Positions 1-12,200 of a stretch of 64,000 nucleotides of DNA are shown here, piece by piece (positions within the stretch are counted from its first letter, which is position 1; the number at the start of each line of letters is the position of its first letter). The notes beneath the pieces were generated by a model, which had not been told where the DNA came from, made no database searches, and was given only the letters and a program-made list of their open reading frames with translations. Both the position numbers and the translations under genes were made by a program. The stretch is taken from positions 100,752,001 to 100,816,000 of the forward strand of contig CM059432.1 of assembly GCA_030390025.1 (NCBI GenBank), read 5' to 3'. Source of the stretch: Squalus acanthias. Its lineage: Eukaryota.

Positions 1-139
1 ACCCAAAAGTATTGGAGGGAGTTACCAATGCCGACCATTGTTCTGTCACTATAGGGTTTGTGAATAATTACAACTGTTAGTTTCATAGTACCTAATATAG
101 CAAAATTGTCTGGCGGGGAGGGGGAGCAGAGTGGAGATA

Positions 140-460
140 TGAGTAGTGGGAAGGTGACCAAGAACGCAGTCAAACATATTAAGAAGGCATTTAATGATGG
201 TGAAAGATGTGCCAAGGGATATGGGCTTAGTAATTCGAGAATGTGGAGGCAAGATGGTTGAAGGCTCTGGAGTAGGATGCAGACGTAGGATGGGGCAAGG
301 GCGTAAATGAGCAGATAATGATTAACATACGTAATGGATTTATGAGTAGAGTGGTGGAGGCAAAAAACCTGGAACAGCTAGATGCAGTAATGGGGGAAGT
401 GGAGGGCTGTTCTGGATGGATGTAGTAAGATGGGCCAAATGGCCTTCCACAACCACAAGT
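140..460 (+). mobile_element. Old, degraded CR1-type LINE 3' fragment
   Basis: Degenerate 3' motifs gtggtggaggca and gatgggccaaatggcctt resemble the 3' ends of other CR1 copies here. Confidence 0.45.
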
Positions 461-2280
461 GTTTTGCGATCAGTTAAACATTCCAACTCACTCAGTCTCA
501 CAGTTACATCTGCCATTACTTCAAATCAAAATCTCTTTAAGTGCTCATAAAGTTCTTAGGCTGCGAAATTCGAGGTTGTAGCATCGGCCATTAAGGCCGG
601 TTGTGTTGAAAAAATGGCGGCACATCGCTTCCACCCGCTTCCAGTGCGGGACACAATGGCCACCATTTTGGAGAGGTCGGCAGTGCTGCCGTTGCCTGTG
701 CTCGCCTCTCCCATGTAAATGTGCAGATCGTGACATCAATCGGCATGCAACGCTTGAATTGACGCATAACTGCGATTTTGTACAGTGTCATTCTCTATAC
801 CGCCCTCTCCTAACCATGCACAGAAGAACATGCGTGCAGGAGTTCTACAGAGACGCTGTTAGCGCTTCTTAAAGGGACACACACATCTTTCAGGTAAATT
901 TTGATTTCAGCTTTTGGAGTTTTATTTTACATTTTATTGGAGTAGTGGCTTGGTGCAATACATTTAAAAAGTTGTTAAAGTGTGCAGAGACGCTTTTCAG
1001 GCTTTGGCTGTTAAAGGAAGGTGTCTGAGAACAACACTTGCTCACAGTCCTGGGGCTCTAATTGCAATCCGCTTGGACTGCAACATCACGTGGAGATGAA
1101 GCAGAGGCAGCAAAGGAGACAAGCTGCTCACAGAGGGAGGAGGAAGAAGCAGAAGAGGAAGAAGCAGAAGAGGAGGAAGTGGAAGGAAGGCAACCCGGAC
1201 AGCCCCTTTCTGGCGGGGATATCCGGGATCGAATCATCCGCCTGTGGTACCAGTGACCACAACCCCAATTACCCTTTCATCATTTGTCCCACACCTTACC
1301 TTCCCTCTGTTACTGGCCATTACAGCGTTCTCTTGTCACAATGCTAAAATAAAAGCCAACACAAAGCAAACTTTCCAATCCAACTACATCCAATGTTACA
1401 TCAAAAAATCAACTAATCTCCCTTGTACATTCCATTAGTGACTGTCTTATGTGTGTCTTTGAATATCCTAGTGATGTTGCGCAGTGCTACCCCAGTGGCT
1501 GCAGCAAGCGGAAGGCTGCTGACTTTCAGTGGGGGACACTGCAAATAACCCTTCAGGACAACCTTGAGAAGCTGGTGGCTGGGAATGTGAAATCGAATAA
1601 TGATGTTTCTGCTTCTTCTTCTTCTTCAATCTCCTCTCCCTCTTCTTGGTCAATCACTGGCTGGGCAGGCTGCATTTCTTGGGTGTCTGAAATGAGGAAG
1701 GCACAAGGGTAGGGTTGTGGTGAGGGGAGGGCGGGAAAGCAAGAGGGGCATGCTTACAGCATGTGCAGCTTGTAAATCAGAAGAGATTGTGCGATGAGGG
1801 GGAAGTGGGATGTGAGCAGGAGGATAATGTATTTTTTCAGCCCCGCCACTGTCCAAGGGCTCAGCCATGCACTGCCAAGAATGACCAATGCTGTCTCCTC
1901 GAAGGGGGTGAAGTGAAGCTAGAAATGTAAGGTGTGTCTCGTGCTTGGTAGAGATTGTTGGTAGGTGAGTGATGGAGGGTGTGGGTTGTGCATTGAGCAG
2001 TGTGTGAGGAAGCGGTGCAGTTGGTAGGAGATGGCTTTTAGAGATGCATTCACTGACCTTGACCACTCGTCTGAGGTCATGAAACTTCTTTGGTCACTGG
2101 AGCCAGGTCCTGGGGGGCGACACTGCTGGCAGTGACCGCCTCGATGATCTGGTCCCACATCCTTCTTTCTGGAGGGCCTCCTGTGGGTAGAGGACCTCTC
2201 TTCCAGTCTTGTCCCCCTGCACAATGCTGGAGGGCTGCCTGTGAGACCCTGGGTGCCTTTTCCCTGGCCTCTTGAGCCAT

Positions 2281-4980
2281 TTAGAAACATAGAAAAATAG
2301 GAGCAGGAGTAGGCCATTTGGTCCTTCGAGCCTGCTCCGCCATTCAATATGATCATGGCTGATCCTCTATCTCAATACCATATTCCCGCTCTCTCCCCAT
2401 ACACCTTGACGCCTTTTGTGTCCAGAAATCTATCTATCTCCCTCTTAAAAATATTCAGTGACTTAGCCTCCACAGCCTTCTGTGGTAGAATTCCACAGGT
2501 TCACCACCCTGAGTGAAGAAATTTCTCCTCATCTCAGTCTTAAATGTCCTAACCCGTATCCTGTGACCCCTCGTTCTAGAGCCCCCAGCCAGGGGAAACA
2601 TCCTCCCTGCACACAGGGAGCATTTTCCCTACTACTGATGTTAGGCTAACTGGTCTGTAATTCCCTGTTTTCTCTCTCGCTCCTTTTTTAAATAGTGGGG
2701 TTACATTTGCCACCCTCCAATCTGTAGGAACTGTTCCATAATCTATAGAATTTTGGAAGATGACAACCAATGCATCCACTATTTCCATGTCTACCTCTTT
2801 TAGTACTCTGGGATGCAGATTATCAGGCCCTGGGGATTTACCAGCTTTCAGTCCCATTAATTTCTCCAGCACTATTTTTTTACTAATACTAATTTCCTTT
2901 AATTCCTCCTTCTCACTAGACCCTTGGGGGGAGAAATTCAGTATCGCCCTATTTGGGGCGCAATTATCGGCCGGGCGCAAAGATAAGTGCCTGGCGCTAA
3001 TTATCGCCTCCGACTGCAAACTTGACTTTTATCGCCCCGGAGGTGATTGGAGCGCTAAATCAGGCGCTACACATCTGTCTTAAGGTGCAAAGGCCAAGGA
3101 GCGAGGCGCTAACTCAGAGCGCTGGCGAAGCTCATGTGATGTCAGTCAGCAATGGAACACAGACACAATGGTGCCGGCCAGTTCTTAAAGGGGAGGGTTG
3201 ATCTTGCTTTCCATCCACATCCTGCTCATTGCAGCTTTGAATCTCGGCCTGGAGAGACCTGTACATCAAATCTGCTGGAAAGAACAATGGAGAGTACCAG
3301 GGAAAGAGCTCAGAGTGCAGCCCCCAAAGTCTCTTCTAAATCGATGCAAGGAAGGTCAAATCAAAATGAACCTGCAAAGTGCTGCTCAGTACCCAAAACT
3401 CCTTCACACAGCGTTGAATCTCTCCAGAAGTCTCTCTCTCTCTCTCTCAGAATGCGTGGTTCAAAAATGTCACCAACAAAAAAAGGCAGGAAGCGGTCGC
3501 CTTTAAATAGCGCTCCCCCAGTTCCTTCCTGATTGCAAAACGCTCCCCTCAACCTGTCATTGCTAGTGGCAGGCGGTAAGGCAGGGGGCGCCACTCAATA
3601 CCCGCACCGGGGCGCTACCGGGGCGTTGCGCACTTGACTGACGTCACGATCTGCCGGCGCAGGAGATCGTGGCGGTAGTGTTTAGCACCGCCACAAAATG
3701 TCTAGTTAATTTCGCGAGCGGTGCAAACATCGCCGCGCCCGGGCGCTAGTTGCTTTGCGCCCCATTAGCGCCCTCTTAAGGCGCTAACGGGAGGCACAAC
3801 CAACTGAATTTTTCCCCCTATGTTCCTTAGCATTTCTGGGAAGTTATTTGTGTCCTCTTCTGTGAAGACAGAACCAAAGTATTTGTTTAATTGCTCTGCC
3901 ATTTCCTTGTTCACCATTATAAATTCTTCCGTTTCTGACTGTAAGGGACCTACATTTGTCTTCACTAATCTTTTTCTTTTTACATACTTGTAGAAGCTTT
4001 TACAGTCCGCTTTTATGTTTCTTGCAAGTTTACTCTCATACTCTATTTTTCCCCTCTTAATCAATCTCTTGGTCCTTTTTTGCTGAACTCTAAACTGCTC
4101 CCAAACCTCAGGCTTGCTACTTTTTCTGGCAACTTTATGAGACTCCTCTTTGGATCTAATACTATCCTTCATTTCTTTTGTTAGCCATGGTTGGGCCGCT
4201 TTTCCTTTTGTGTTTTTGTGCCAGAAAGGAATGTATAACTGTTGCAATTCATGCATTCATTGCTTAAATGTTAGCCATTGCCTATCCACCGTCATGCCTT
4301 TTAATGAAGCTCCCCAATCTATCATAGCCAACTCACTCCTCATACCTTCGTAGTTGCCTTTGTTTAGATTTAGGACCCTAGTTTCAGATTGAACTTCTTC
4401 ACTTTCCATCTTAATGAAGAATTCTATCATGTTATGGTCACTCTTCCCTAAAGGACCCCGCACAACAAGATTATTAATTAACCCCTTCTCATTGCACAAT
4501 ACCCAATCTAGGATAGTCTGTTCCCTAGTTGGTTCCTCAACGTACTGGTCTAAAAAACCATCTCGTACATACTCCAGGAATTCATCCTCCACAGTATTAT
4601 TGCTAATTTAGTTTGGCCGGTCTATATGTAGATTAAAGTCACCCATGATTACTGTAGTACCCTTGTTACATGCATCTCTAATTTCCTTTTTGATGCCGTC
4701 CCCTACATTACTACTACTGTTTGGAGGCCTATAGACAACTCCCATCAATGTTTTCTTCCCCTTGGTGCTTCTTAGCTCCACCCAGACTGATTCTACATCT
4801 TGATTTTCTGAGCCAATATCCTTTCTCACTATTGCTCTGATGTCATCCTTTACTAACAATGCCACCACACCTCCTTTTCCTTTTTGCCTGACCTTCCTAA
4901 ATATCGAATATCCTTGGATATTCAGCTCCCAGCCTTGGTCACCCTGCAGCCATGTCTCCATAATCGCAATTATATTGTAT
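2281..4980 (-). mobile_element. CR1 LINE ORF2 remnant (endonuclease, start of RT, 3' UTR), internally deleted near 2610 and split by a MITE
   Basis: ORFs 4608..4961 (ETWL, GVVYRPP, MGDFN), 4257..4592, 3765..4256 and 2576..3019 (KSPGPD, GNYRPVSLTS); 3' tail on - starts at 2281. Confidence 0.92.
2927..3818. mobile_element. Harbinger-type MITE family A (about 890 bp), inserted in a CR1
   Basis: TIRs GGGGGAGAAATTCAG and CTGAATTTTTCCCCC; inverted homologue of 53338-54220; CR1 sequence resumes on both sides. Confidence 0.88.
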
Positions 4981-7091
4981 CTGTTTCTGTTAGTGCTGAA
5001 GCACTTTTACCATTTTGTATGTGCAGAAGGTAGTTCAGCTACAAGAGCTGAAGACAGCCTAGTTTTGAATGATTTTAATCTGATTTTTTTCAGAAGGCAG
5101 TTGAGCTTTAAGGGCTTGAGACTGCTTTCAAAACTAATAGCTTTGCTTTAAGAAAATGCAGTGTCGCTGCAGCGATGCGACATTGGGCCTCCTGCTGAGC
5201 GCACAGCCTGAAGCAGTGCGTTCGTCATTGGGTTGTGCGCTAAAATCATTCAAATTAGCAGGCAGCACCACATTAACACACTGCCTGCGCTTTCTAAACG
5301 GGCCTGAGCAAATCTCGCCCCGCAGTTTCCTCGCTCGTTTTTTGGCCTTATCCAATTTCACCCTCTTCAACTTTCTAAGAATCCCAGAATTCCCAAAAAT
5401 CCAGCTGTGATCAGCCAGCACTTCCTTTAATTACTAGTTAAAAAACCACAAGAGATTACAGGTTTCAAAAAAAAATTCCAAAACTCTGGGAAAAGCTAAC
5501 TATTTCCCCCTTGAAATGGAAATGCTTCCAATATGCAAGTTTGGGGATTTGTCCTGCTCGCAGCCCCCTCCCCTGCAGTTGTTGGGTCTCAGCCTCCTTT
5601 TCCTTCTGTAGGCCTGTCCTGCCATTATAAACACTTTTTTTGTAAAGCTCTGCAAAACTCAGTCTCTAACCCAGGGGACAGCTCAGTAGTTGGGAAATTC
5701 AAAAAAAAAGCTTACAGTACAGTGAGCCTTATGAAACATTAATCCTCAGTCTTGCATCACAGCATTTAGGGCAAAATGAAGTTGTGGGAGTGACGCATCG
5801 ATCCAAGAGCAGAGCTGATTACTACAACAGCGATCACTATTCGGAAAACCAGCATTTTCTTCGGAAGTTTATGGAGAACATACTCGGAAGTGAGTATAAC
5901 TCTGGAGAATCCAAACTAGAGCCTGGGGAGGGGGAAAGGGTTGGAGGCATATGCAGCCCCGAAGTTTTTGTTATCTAGCTCAAAAGCTCCAGCAAGTCAG
6001 TTTCTATTTATTCTTGTATATTTTTTACTCCTAGTTTCTCCTGCATGAATTTCAGGGGTCTGGGAAGTTAGCAAACAATTGTTCTCAGAAATGCTCCCTC
6101 ATTGCTGGATAAATCCTAAATCTAAACTCAAATCTGTCAGGATGGGCAAAAAAAGACATAACTTAAGATCAATGGAAATGGATTTCAGGTTGTTTCAATA
6201 ATGGGCAGTTGAACCGTGATGGCAATTTTACGCTGGGTGGTTAAGTTGAAAATCTACCCAAGACTTTTTTGAAAATAGCTGCTTGATGATTTGCTGTTAT
6301 TTTGATTGTATTTTTATTACTCATTATTACTTATAATTGATAAATTTATCTTTCGTTTTTTCAATTCACAACGTTATTGCTCAATTTTCCTCTTTGATGA
6401 TGCAAAAAAAAATGCCCTGTTCTGCTGGGTAAATGCCTGAAGTGATCCAGCTGCCCATAAACATTATCAAGTTTTTTGGAAATACGAAGGCTCTCTCTCA
6501 CATTGAGCCTCGGATTATGAGATTTCGGTAATGGCTGCCTTGGGTTATATTCAATGCCATCTCTGTGCTCCAGCTGGTTCGTTATTAGACCTTACGTAAG
6601 CTGCTGCTTTTCTTCACTCGTCTGGTGCAGACTGCACTTGCTGTTGGCCTGTTCTGTTTTAAGTGCTTGTACAGATAAAACACTGATTTGCCAACCTTCT
6701 GGCTTTTAACTAGCAAAAAATACAAGCTTGAGATGGATTTCAGCCAGTGAATATCCAAATTATTCCATTTTGATCCCACCGCCAAATGGAAGGACAAACA
6801 AGATAAGGTTGTGGGTTTATTTTTGAAAGAAAAAAGGAAGAATTGTTAAATTAGAAAAAAGTCATATTAGTAAAGTAATAAAAAGTGAGAATGGGTGAAA
6901 ATTAAAGGCTGGACAATCATAAATAAATTTTTCCAAATATTTTATTTATAGCTATGTTATAAGTATTAAATTTAGTTCTATAGAATTCTTAAAGATACTC
7001 GGTTTTATTACTGTAATATTAATCTTTATTTCAATATATCATATGGGGGGATTTGAAAACTAATCAATTGAAAGTGACTGAAATTGCCCTT

Positions 7092-9180
7092 GGAACATAG
7101 GAACAGGAGTAGACCAATTAGACCCTCGAGCCTGTTCCACCATTCAAGAGATCATGGCTGATCTGCGACCGAACTCCATATACCCGCCTTTGCCCCATAG
7201 CCCTTAATACCTTTGGTTAACAAAGATCTATCAATCTCCTATTTAAAATCAACAATTGATCTAGCATCAATTGCCGTTTGAGGAAGAGAGTTCCAAACTT
7301 CTACCAACTATTGTGTGTAAAAGTGTTTCCTAATTTCACTCCTGAAAGATCTGGCTCTAATTTTTAGACCATGTCCCCGAGTCCTATACTCCCCAACCAG
7401 GGGAAATAGTTTCTCTCTATCTACCATACCTGTTCCCCTTAATATCTTGAAAACTTCGATCAAATCACCCCTTAACCTTCTAAATTCCAGGGAATACAAC
7501 CCTAGTTTGTGTAATCTCTCCTCATAATTTAACCCTTGGAGTCCGGGTATCATTCTGGTAAACCTACACTGCACTTCCTCCAAGGCCAATATATCCTTCC
7601 TAAGGTGTGGTGCCCAGAACTGCTCACTGTACTCCAGGTGTGGTCTAACCAGGGCTTTGTATAGCTGCAGCATAACTTCTACCCCTTATATTCTAATCCT
7701 CTAGATATAAAGGCCAGCATTCCATTAATCATTTTGATTATTTTCTGTACCTGTTCATGACATTTTAATGATCTGTGTACCTGGACTCCCAAGTCTCTTT
7801 GGGACCGCCACTGTTTTTAGATTTTCAGCATTTAGAAAGTACCCTGTTCTATTCTTTTTAGGTCCAAAGTGGATGACCTCACATTTGCCTACATTGAAAT
7901 CCATTTGGCACAGTTTTGCCCATTCACTTAATCTATTGATATCCCTTTGTAATTTTATGATTTCATCTACACTGCAATGCCGCCTATCTTAATGTCATCG
8001 GTAAGTTTGGATATGTGCCTTTCTATCCCATCGCCTAATAAATACAGTGAATAGTTGAGGCCCCAACACAGATCCCTGTGGGACACCACTCGTCACATCC
8101 TGTCAATTCGAGTACCTGCCTATTATCCCTACTGCTCAGCCAATTTCCTAACCAGGCCAATAATTTGCCTTCAATTCCATGGGCTTAGTTAGCAGTCTCT
8201 TATGAGGGACTTTATCAAATGCCTTCTGGAAGTCCATATAAATAACATCCATAGACATACCCCAGTCCACTACTTTAGTCAGTTCTTCAAAAAATTCAAT
8301 CAGGTTCTTCAGGCATGACCTACCCTTTACAAATCCATGTTGGCTCTCTCTGATCAGCTGAAAATTTTCAAGGTGTTCAGTCACCCTCTCCTTAATTATA
8401 AAGTCTAGTAATTTCCCGACAAGAGATGTTAGGCTAACTGGTCTATATTTCCGTTTTCTCACCATTCTTAAATAGCGAGTTACATGCACAATTTTCTAAT
8501 CTAAAGGAACAGTTCCTAATTCGAGAGAACTTTGGTAGATTATAGTTGGGACATCTGTAATGTGCTCACCTACTTCCTTTAAAACCCTGGGAGTGCCATC
8601 AATTTCTTCATTACTGTTATTTTGCTTACGTTAATTTGGTGAGTACCTGTCCCTGATTCAGTATTCTTTTCCTTGGGATTTACGGCGTGCTATCTTCTTC
8701 TTCTGCTGTAAATACTGACGCAAAGTAATTATTCAATATGTCCGCCATTTCCTTATTATCATTGACAATATCACCGTTATCAGTTTTCAAGGGGCCAATA
8801 TTGCTCCTGACCATCCTCTTTTTCCTAATATAATTATTTAAAAAATTTTTGCGTTGATTTTGATATCCCTTGCAAGTTTCTTTTCATACTTCTTTTTGTA
8901 TCTCTTACTATCTGTTTTGTCACCATTTGCTATTCCTTGTATCTTTCCCAACTGTGCTTTTTTCCACATTTTTTATGCTTTTTATTTCAGTTTTATGTTA
9001 TCTTTTACCTCTTTAGTCATCCTTAGCTGTTTTTTTTGACAAGTAGAGCTCTTGCCCCTTAGGGTATCAACTGGTTCTGTATCACATTAAATTCTATTTT
9101 GAACACCTCCCACTGATCGTCTGTCACTTTACCCATTAATAGATTTGTCCAGTTTACTATGGACAATCTTAGTCTCATCG
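7092..9180 (-). mobile_element. CR1 LINE fragment (RT to 3' UTR, several deletions)
   Basis: ORFs 8148..8489 (SQHGFVKGRSCL, YMDFQKAFDKVPH) and 7308..7673 (LVRPHLEY, RRLRGDLIE). Confidence 0.92.
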
Positions 9181-9230
9181 CAATGACATGCCAGCAGTTC
9201 AAGAGTTAAATTGTACTGAATAATAATGAA

Positions 9231-10919
9231 GGCCGGAATTTTGCCGGTGCTCAGCGGACGGGATGGGTGGTGAGTCAGCTGTTAAATTTAAAATGATTGA
9301 CAGCGGGTCAGGAACCCGCTGTCAAAACGCGCACACTGGACTTTCCCGATGTCGGGTCTGCCAGCGCGGCACAGGCCCAACAGGCAGCGGCGGGGGAGGC
9401 AATTAAAATCATTAGTGGCTTGGTTTTTTTCCCCAGCTTTTTGGATTGGACAGGTCACCCACCGGTTTCCCGCTGTGCCTAGACCTCGTCTGTGAAGCTG
9501 AGGCGGGAGGTCAGTGGCCATTGAATCAGCTGTTGAGTTGACAGCTTCAAATGTACAGTAAAAGCTTCCACCTTAGAGATGTCTTCCCTCAGCCACAAAC
9601 TCTCTCACTGCATTATCACAACAGATTCACCATGCTGCAAGTCTTTACACAAGTCTCCATCCAGTCTGACCTCATTACCTCTCTCACCATTGACAGATCG
9701 CTTCAGTCATCTCAACTTCACCTGCCATCGATTCCATCAGCATGGGTGCGCTTGAAACTCTCTCTCCTTGGTCCTCAGAATCCCACCAAGATCAACCCAA
9801 ACACCAGTAGCACCAGGCACATCAGCAACACCAACAACAACATCAACCTTCTCTGCAATCACCTGATGCTGCACAGGACACAGGGCATCAGCACCTCACC
9901 ATGGCCAGATTTACTTCACTTGACGCTGTACACCCTGGCTGCCGCATGGTGCACCAGGTTGGCACCACCCCACACCAACACCATAAAGCATCCCTACAAT
10001 GCCCAAGCTATTCCTTTCACACTCATTGCCATTGCAGGGGGTACCGTTATGTCTCACCATTCACTGCAACTCACTAAGCCACTTCCAAAGCTGCACAAAA
10101 ATCTGTTCAAGAATGAAAAGTGTTGAAAATAAAGGTTTCAATGTTTTGACACCACATTAACAGAAACTTTACATGAACATTGCATAAAACACCCAAGTGC
10201 CTACCCTTGTGTGTTGTTAGTTGATATGATTGCACTAGGATGAGGGTGTGTGTGAGGGGAGGCTAGTGAGATGGGGATGTGATAATGTAGATAGAGAGGG
10301 ATGGGTGGAGATGCAAGGTAAGTTGGTGTGAGTGAAGATGTGCAGGAGTAGGGTAAGGAAGGCAGAGTGATGGGGATGTGATGAGTGGCACAGCAAGATG
10401 AGGTTGAGTGTGGCTTTGTACTAATGTTTTGTGATCTACTGAGATCATTGAAACATTTGCGGCATTGGACCCAGTTCCTCCTGACCACATCCCTGCTTGC
10501 GCCCTCCGCTGCAACGTGCAACCAGGCTGTGTTGATCTCCTGGGAAGGTCTCTTCTGCCCATGGGAAGAGGACCTCCCTGTTTGCTGTGACTCCCTCCAT
10601 AAGCATATGGAGGGAGTCATGGGAGAGCCTGGGTGCAGCCCTGCACCTTTGTGCAGTGCTTGCAGCACCTCAATGGTGTAGAACACTGACAGCACAAATG
10701 TCAAAATATAGTTGGCCATGCTCCCTTTAAGGAAACCGGCTGATGACGCGTCATCAAATGACGTCACCAGACCAGCTTCCTCTAATTGGCCGGGAACAAC
10801 GCTGGGCGGGCTTAACATGGTAAATTCATTTCAGAGGTGGGATGGAGCCAGCAGCGGGGCCGAGACCTGCCACCTACGTCACCCACCACCGACCCGCCGA
10901 GGTAATTAAAATCGCGGCT
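9231..10919. mobile_element. Non-autonomous PIF/Harbinger derivative (about 1.7 kb) with convergent transposase and Myb/SANT remnants
   Basis: gaa|GGCCGGAATTTT ... AAAATCGCGGCT|gaa (TIRs plus 3-bp TSD). Minus strand encodes RAAPRLSHDSLHMLMEGV...AWLHVAAEGASRDVVRRNWVQCRKCFNDLSRS. Homologous to 31954-34556. Confidence 0.85.
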
Positions 10920-10949
10920 GAAGTGTGGCATACAACAGATATAGAAAGG

Positions 10950-11450
10950 TTGGTCTAGAGCCCCTGCTTTGGGTGAAATCAGCGATCCGGGTGCAAATTG
11001 TGCCCAAAATTGTGCCCGTTTTCAGAATGTTTTGTTTTCTCGAGTTTCCACTCAAACTCATTTGCATATTCCAAATGTAAAATTTGCCTTGAATCAGCGC
11101 AATTGGGGAGTGTTTTAAAAGGTATATTTTTGAAACAGAAATTTGCTTTAAAAATTATTCCTTGATATTTTTAAGCGTGATAACTTGGTGCAGTTTGATT
11201 AATACAGCTGAAAAAGGGTTTAATCACAAAAAATAAGCATTTTTAATCACAGTGTCAATCTGGGAGTAACCTGATTTTAAATTACTGAAAATGACTTTAA
11301 AAAAAATATACAGAACCATTTTCTAGTTATATTATGGTACAATAGTCAGTTTCTTCGTAACTTAAAAAAAATTACACTCAAAAGCTTTTAAAATGTGGCT
11401 ATTAGTGTCCTTGGGCCCAAAATATCTGAATGTGAATCCAAAGTCCAAAC
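10950..11450 (+). repeat. AT-rich interspersed repeat (probable DNA-transposon derivative), copy 1
   Basis: Shares long blocks with 49401-50100, e.g. gtgcagtttgattaatacagctgaaaa, tcacaaaaaataagcatttttaatcaca and tattagtgtccttg. Confidence 0.7.
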
Positions 11451-11482
11451 CTTCCCATTCATTCCCAATGCATACAATTGTT

Positions 11483-11813
11483 ACATAAGAACATAAGAAA
11501 TAGGAGCAGGAGTAGGCCATTCGGCCCTTCGAGCCTGCTCCGCCATTCAATGAGATCATGGCTGATCTTCTGCCTCAACTCCATTCACCGGCCCTATCGC
11601 CATATCCCTTGATGCCCTTACTAGTCAGAAATCTACCGACTTCTGTTTTGAATATAGCCAATGACTGAGCCTCCACAGCCCTCTGGGGTAGAGAATTCCA
11701 AAGATTCACCACCCTCTGTGTGAAGAAATTTCTTCTCATCTCAGTCCTGAATGGCCTACCCTTTATCCTGAGGCTGTGGCCTCTGGTTCTAGACTCCCCA
11801 GCCAAGGCAAACA
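11483..11813 (-). mobile_element. CR1 LINE 3' end
   Basis: ORF 11575..11814 (RTRGHSLRI, NFFTQRVVNLWNSLP) plus a ttcttatgttcttatg tail. Confidence 0.92.
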
Positions 11814-11879
11814 AACATAATTCTGAACTGCAATAAATGTCATATATCTTGAAAATTTTGAAACTGAAATAAACAAAGA

Positions 11880-12200
11880 TTCCGCAGTGGCTCAGTATGT
11901 TGTGTGGTAGTGAACTTCTATGCTTCAGCCTTGGTCTGTGCTGATAGCCAATCTCAGCTGGTGCAGGAATAGAGGTTCTTCAATTGGCCTGAGCATTCCC
12001 AGACTAGGACAAGGATAAATATAGAAAGCATTTCCCTTGTCTATCACTATCAAGTAATCTCTACTGGGCATACTTGCACGGGGATCAGTTAAAGACCAGA
12101 TGGGTTTAGCTGCCCAGGATCACATATGAAGAAAGGTCTTTTGACAAGATACCAAATAGCTATTGTTGCGACTCCAATAATAGTCACTGTCTTCAGGATA
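11880..12200 (+). mobile_element. Degraded tRNA-derived SINE-like repeat
   Basis: A-box-like gtggctcag followed by ggtctgtgctga...atctcagc...caattggcct, resembling an old SINE body as I recall it; family not assigned. Confidence 0.4.

Larger units (their letters stand above)
559..5365. mobile_element. Non-autonomous PIF/Harbinger derivative (transposase remnant on +, Myb/SANT remnant on -), interrupted by a CR1
   Basis: Left end tta|GGCTGCGAAATT; probable right end AATTTCACCCTC|ttc. The + strand has an acidic tail and GGDIRDRIIRLWYQ* (1062..1256), like a Harbinger transposase C-terminus. The - strand has MAQEAREKAPRVSQAAL...RRMWDQIIEAVTASSVAP (2077..2280), like a Harbinger Myb/SANT protein. 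Confidence 0.65.

Noticed and set aside
6585..6797. Minus-strand ORF as the next CSMD3 exon
   Set aside because: It has no CUB signature (CG...G.I.SPNYP); the next exon probably lies beyond position 1.
9551..10126. 191-aa ORF as a novel protein
   Set aside because: It lies inside a Harbinger derivative, and the frame is not preserved in the homologous copy at about 32280-32810.
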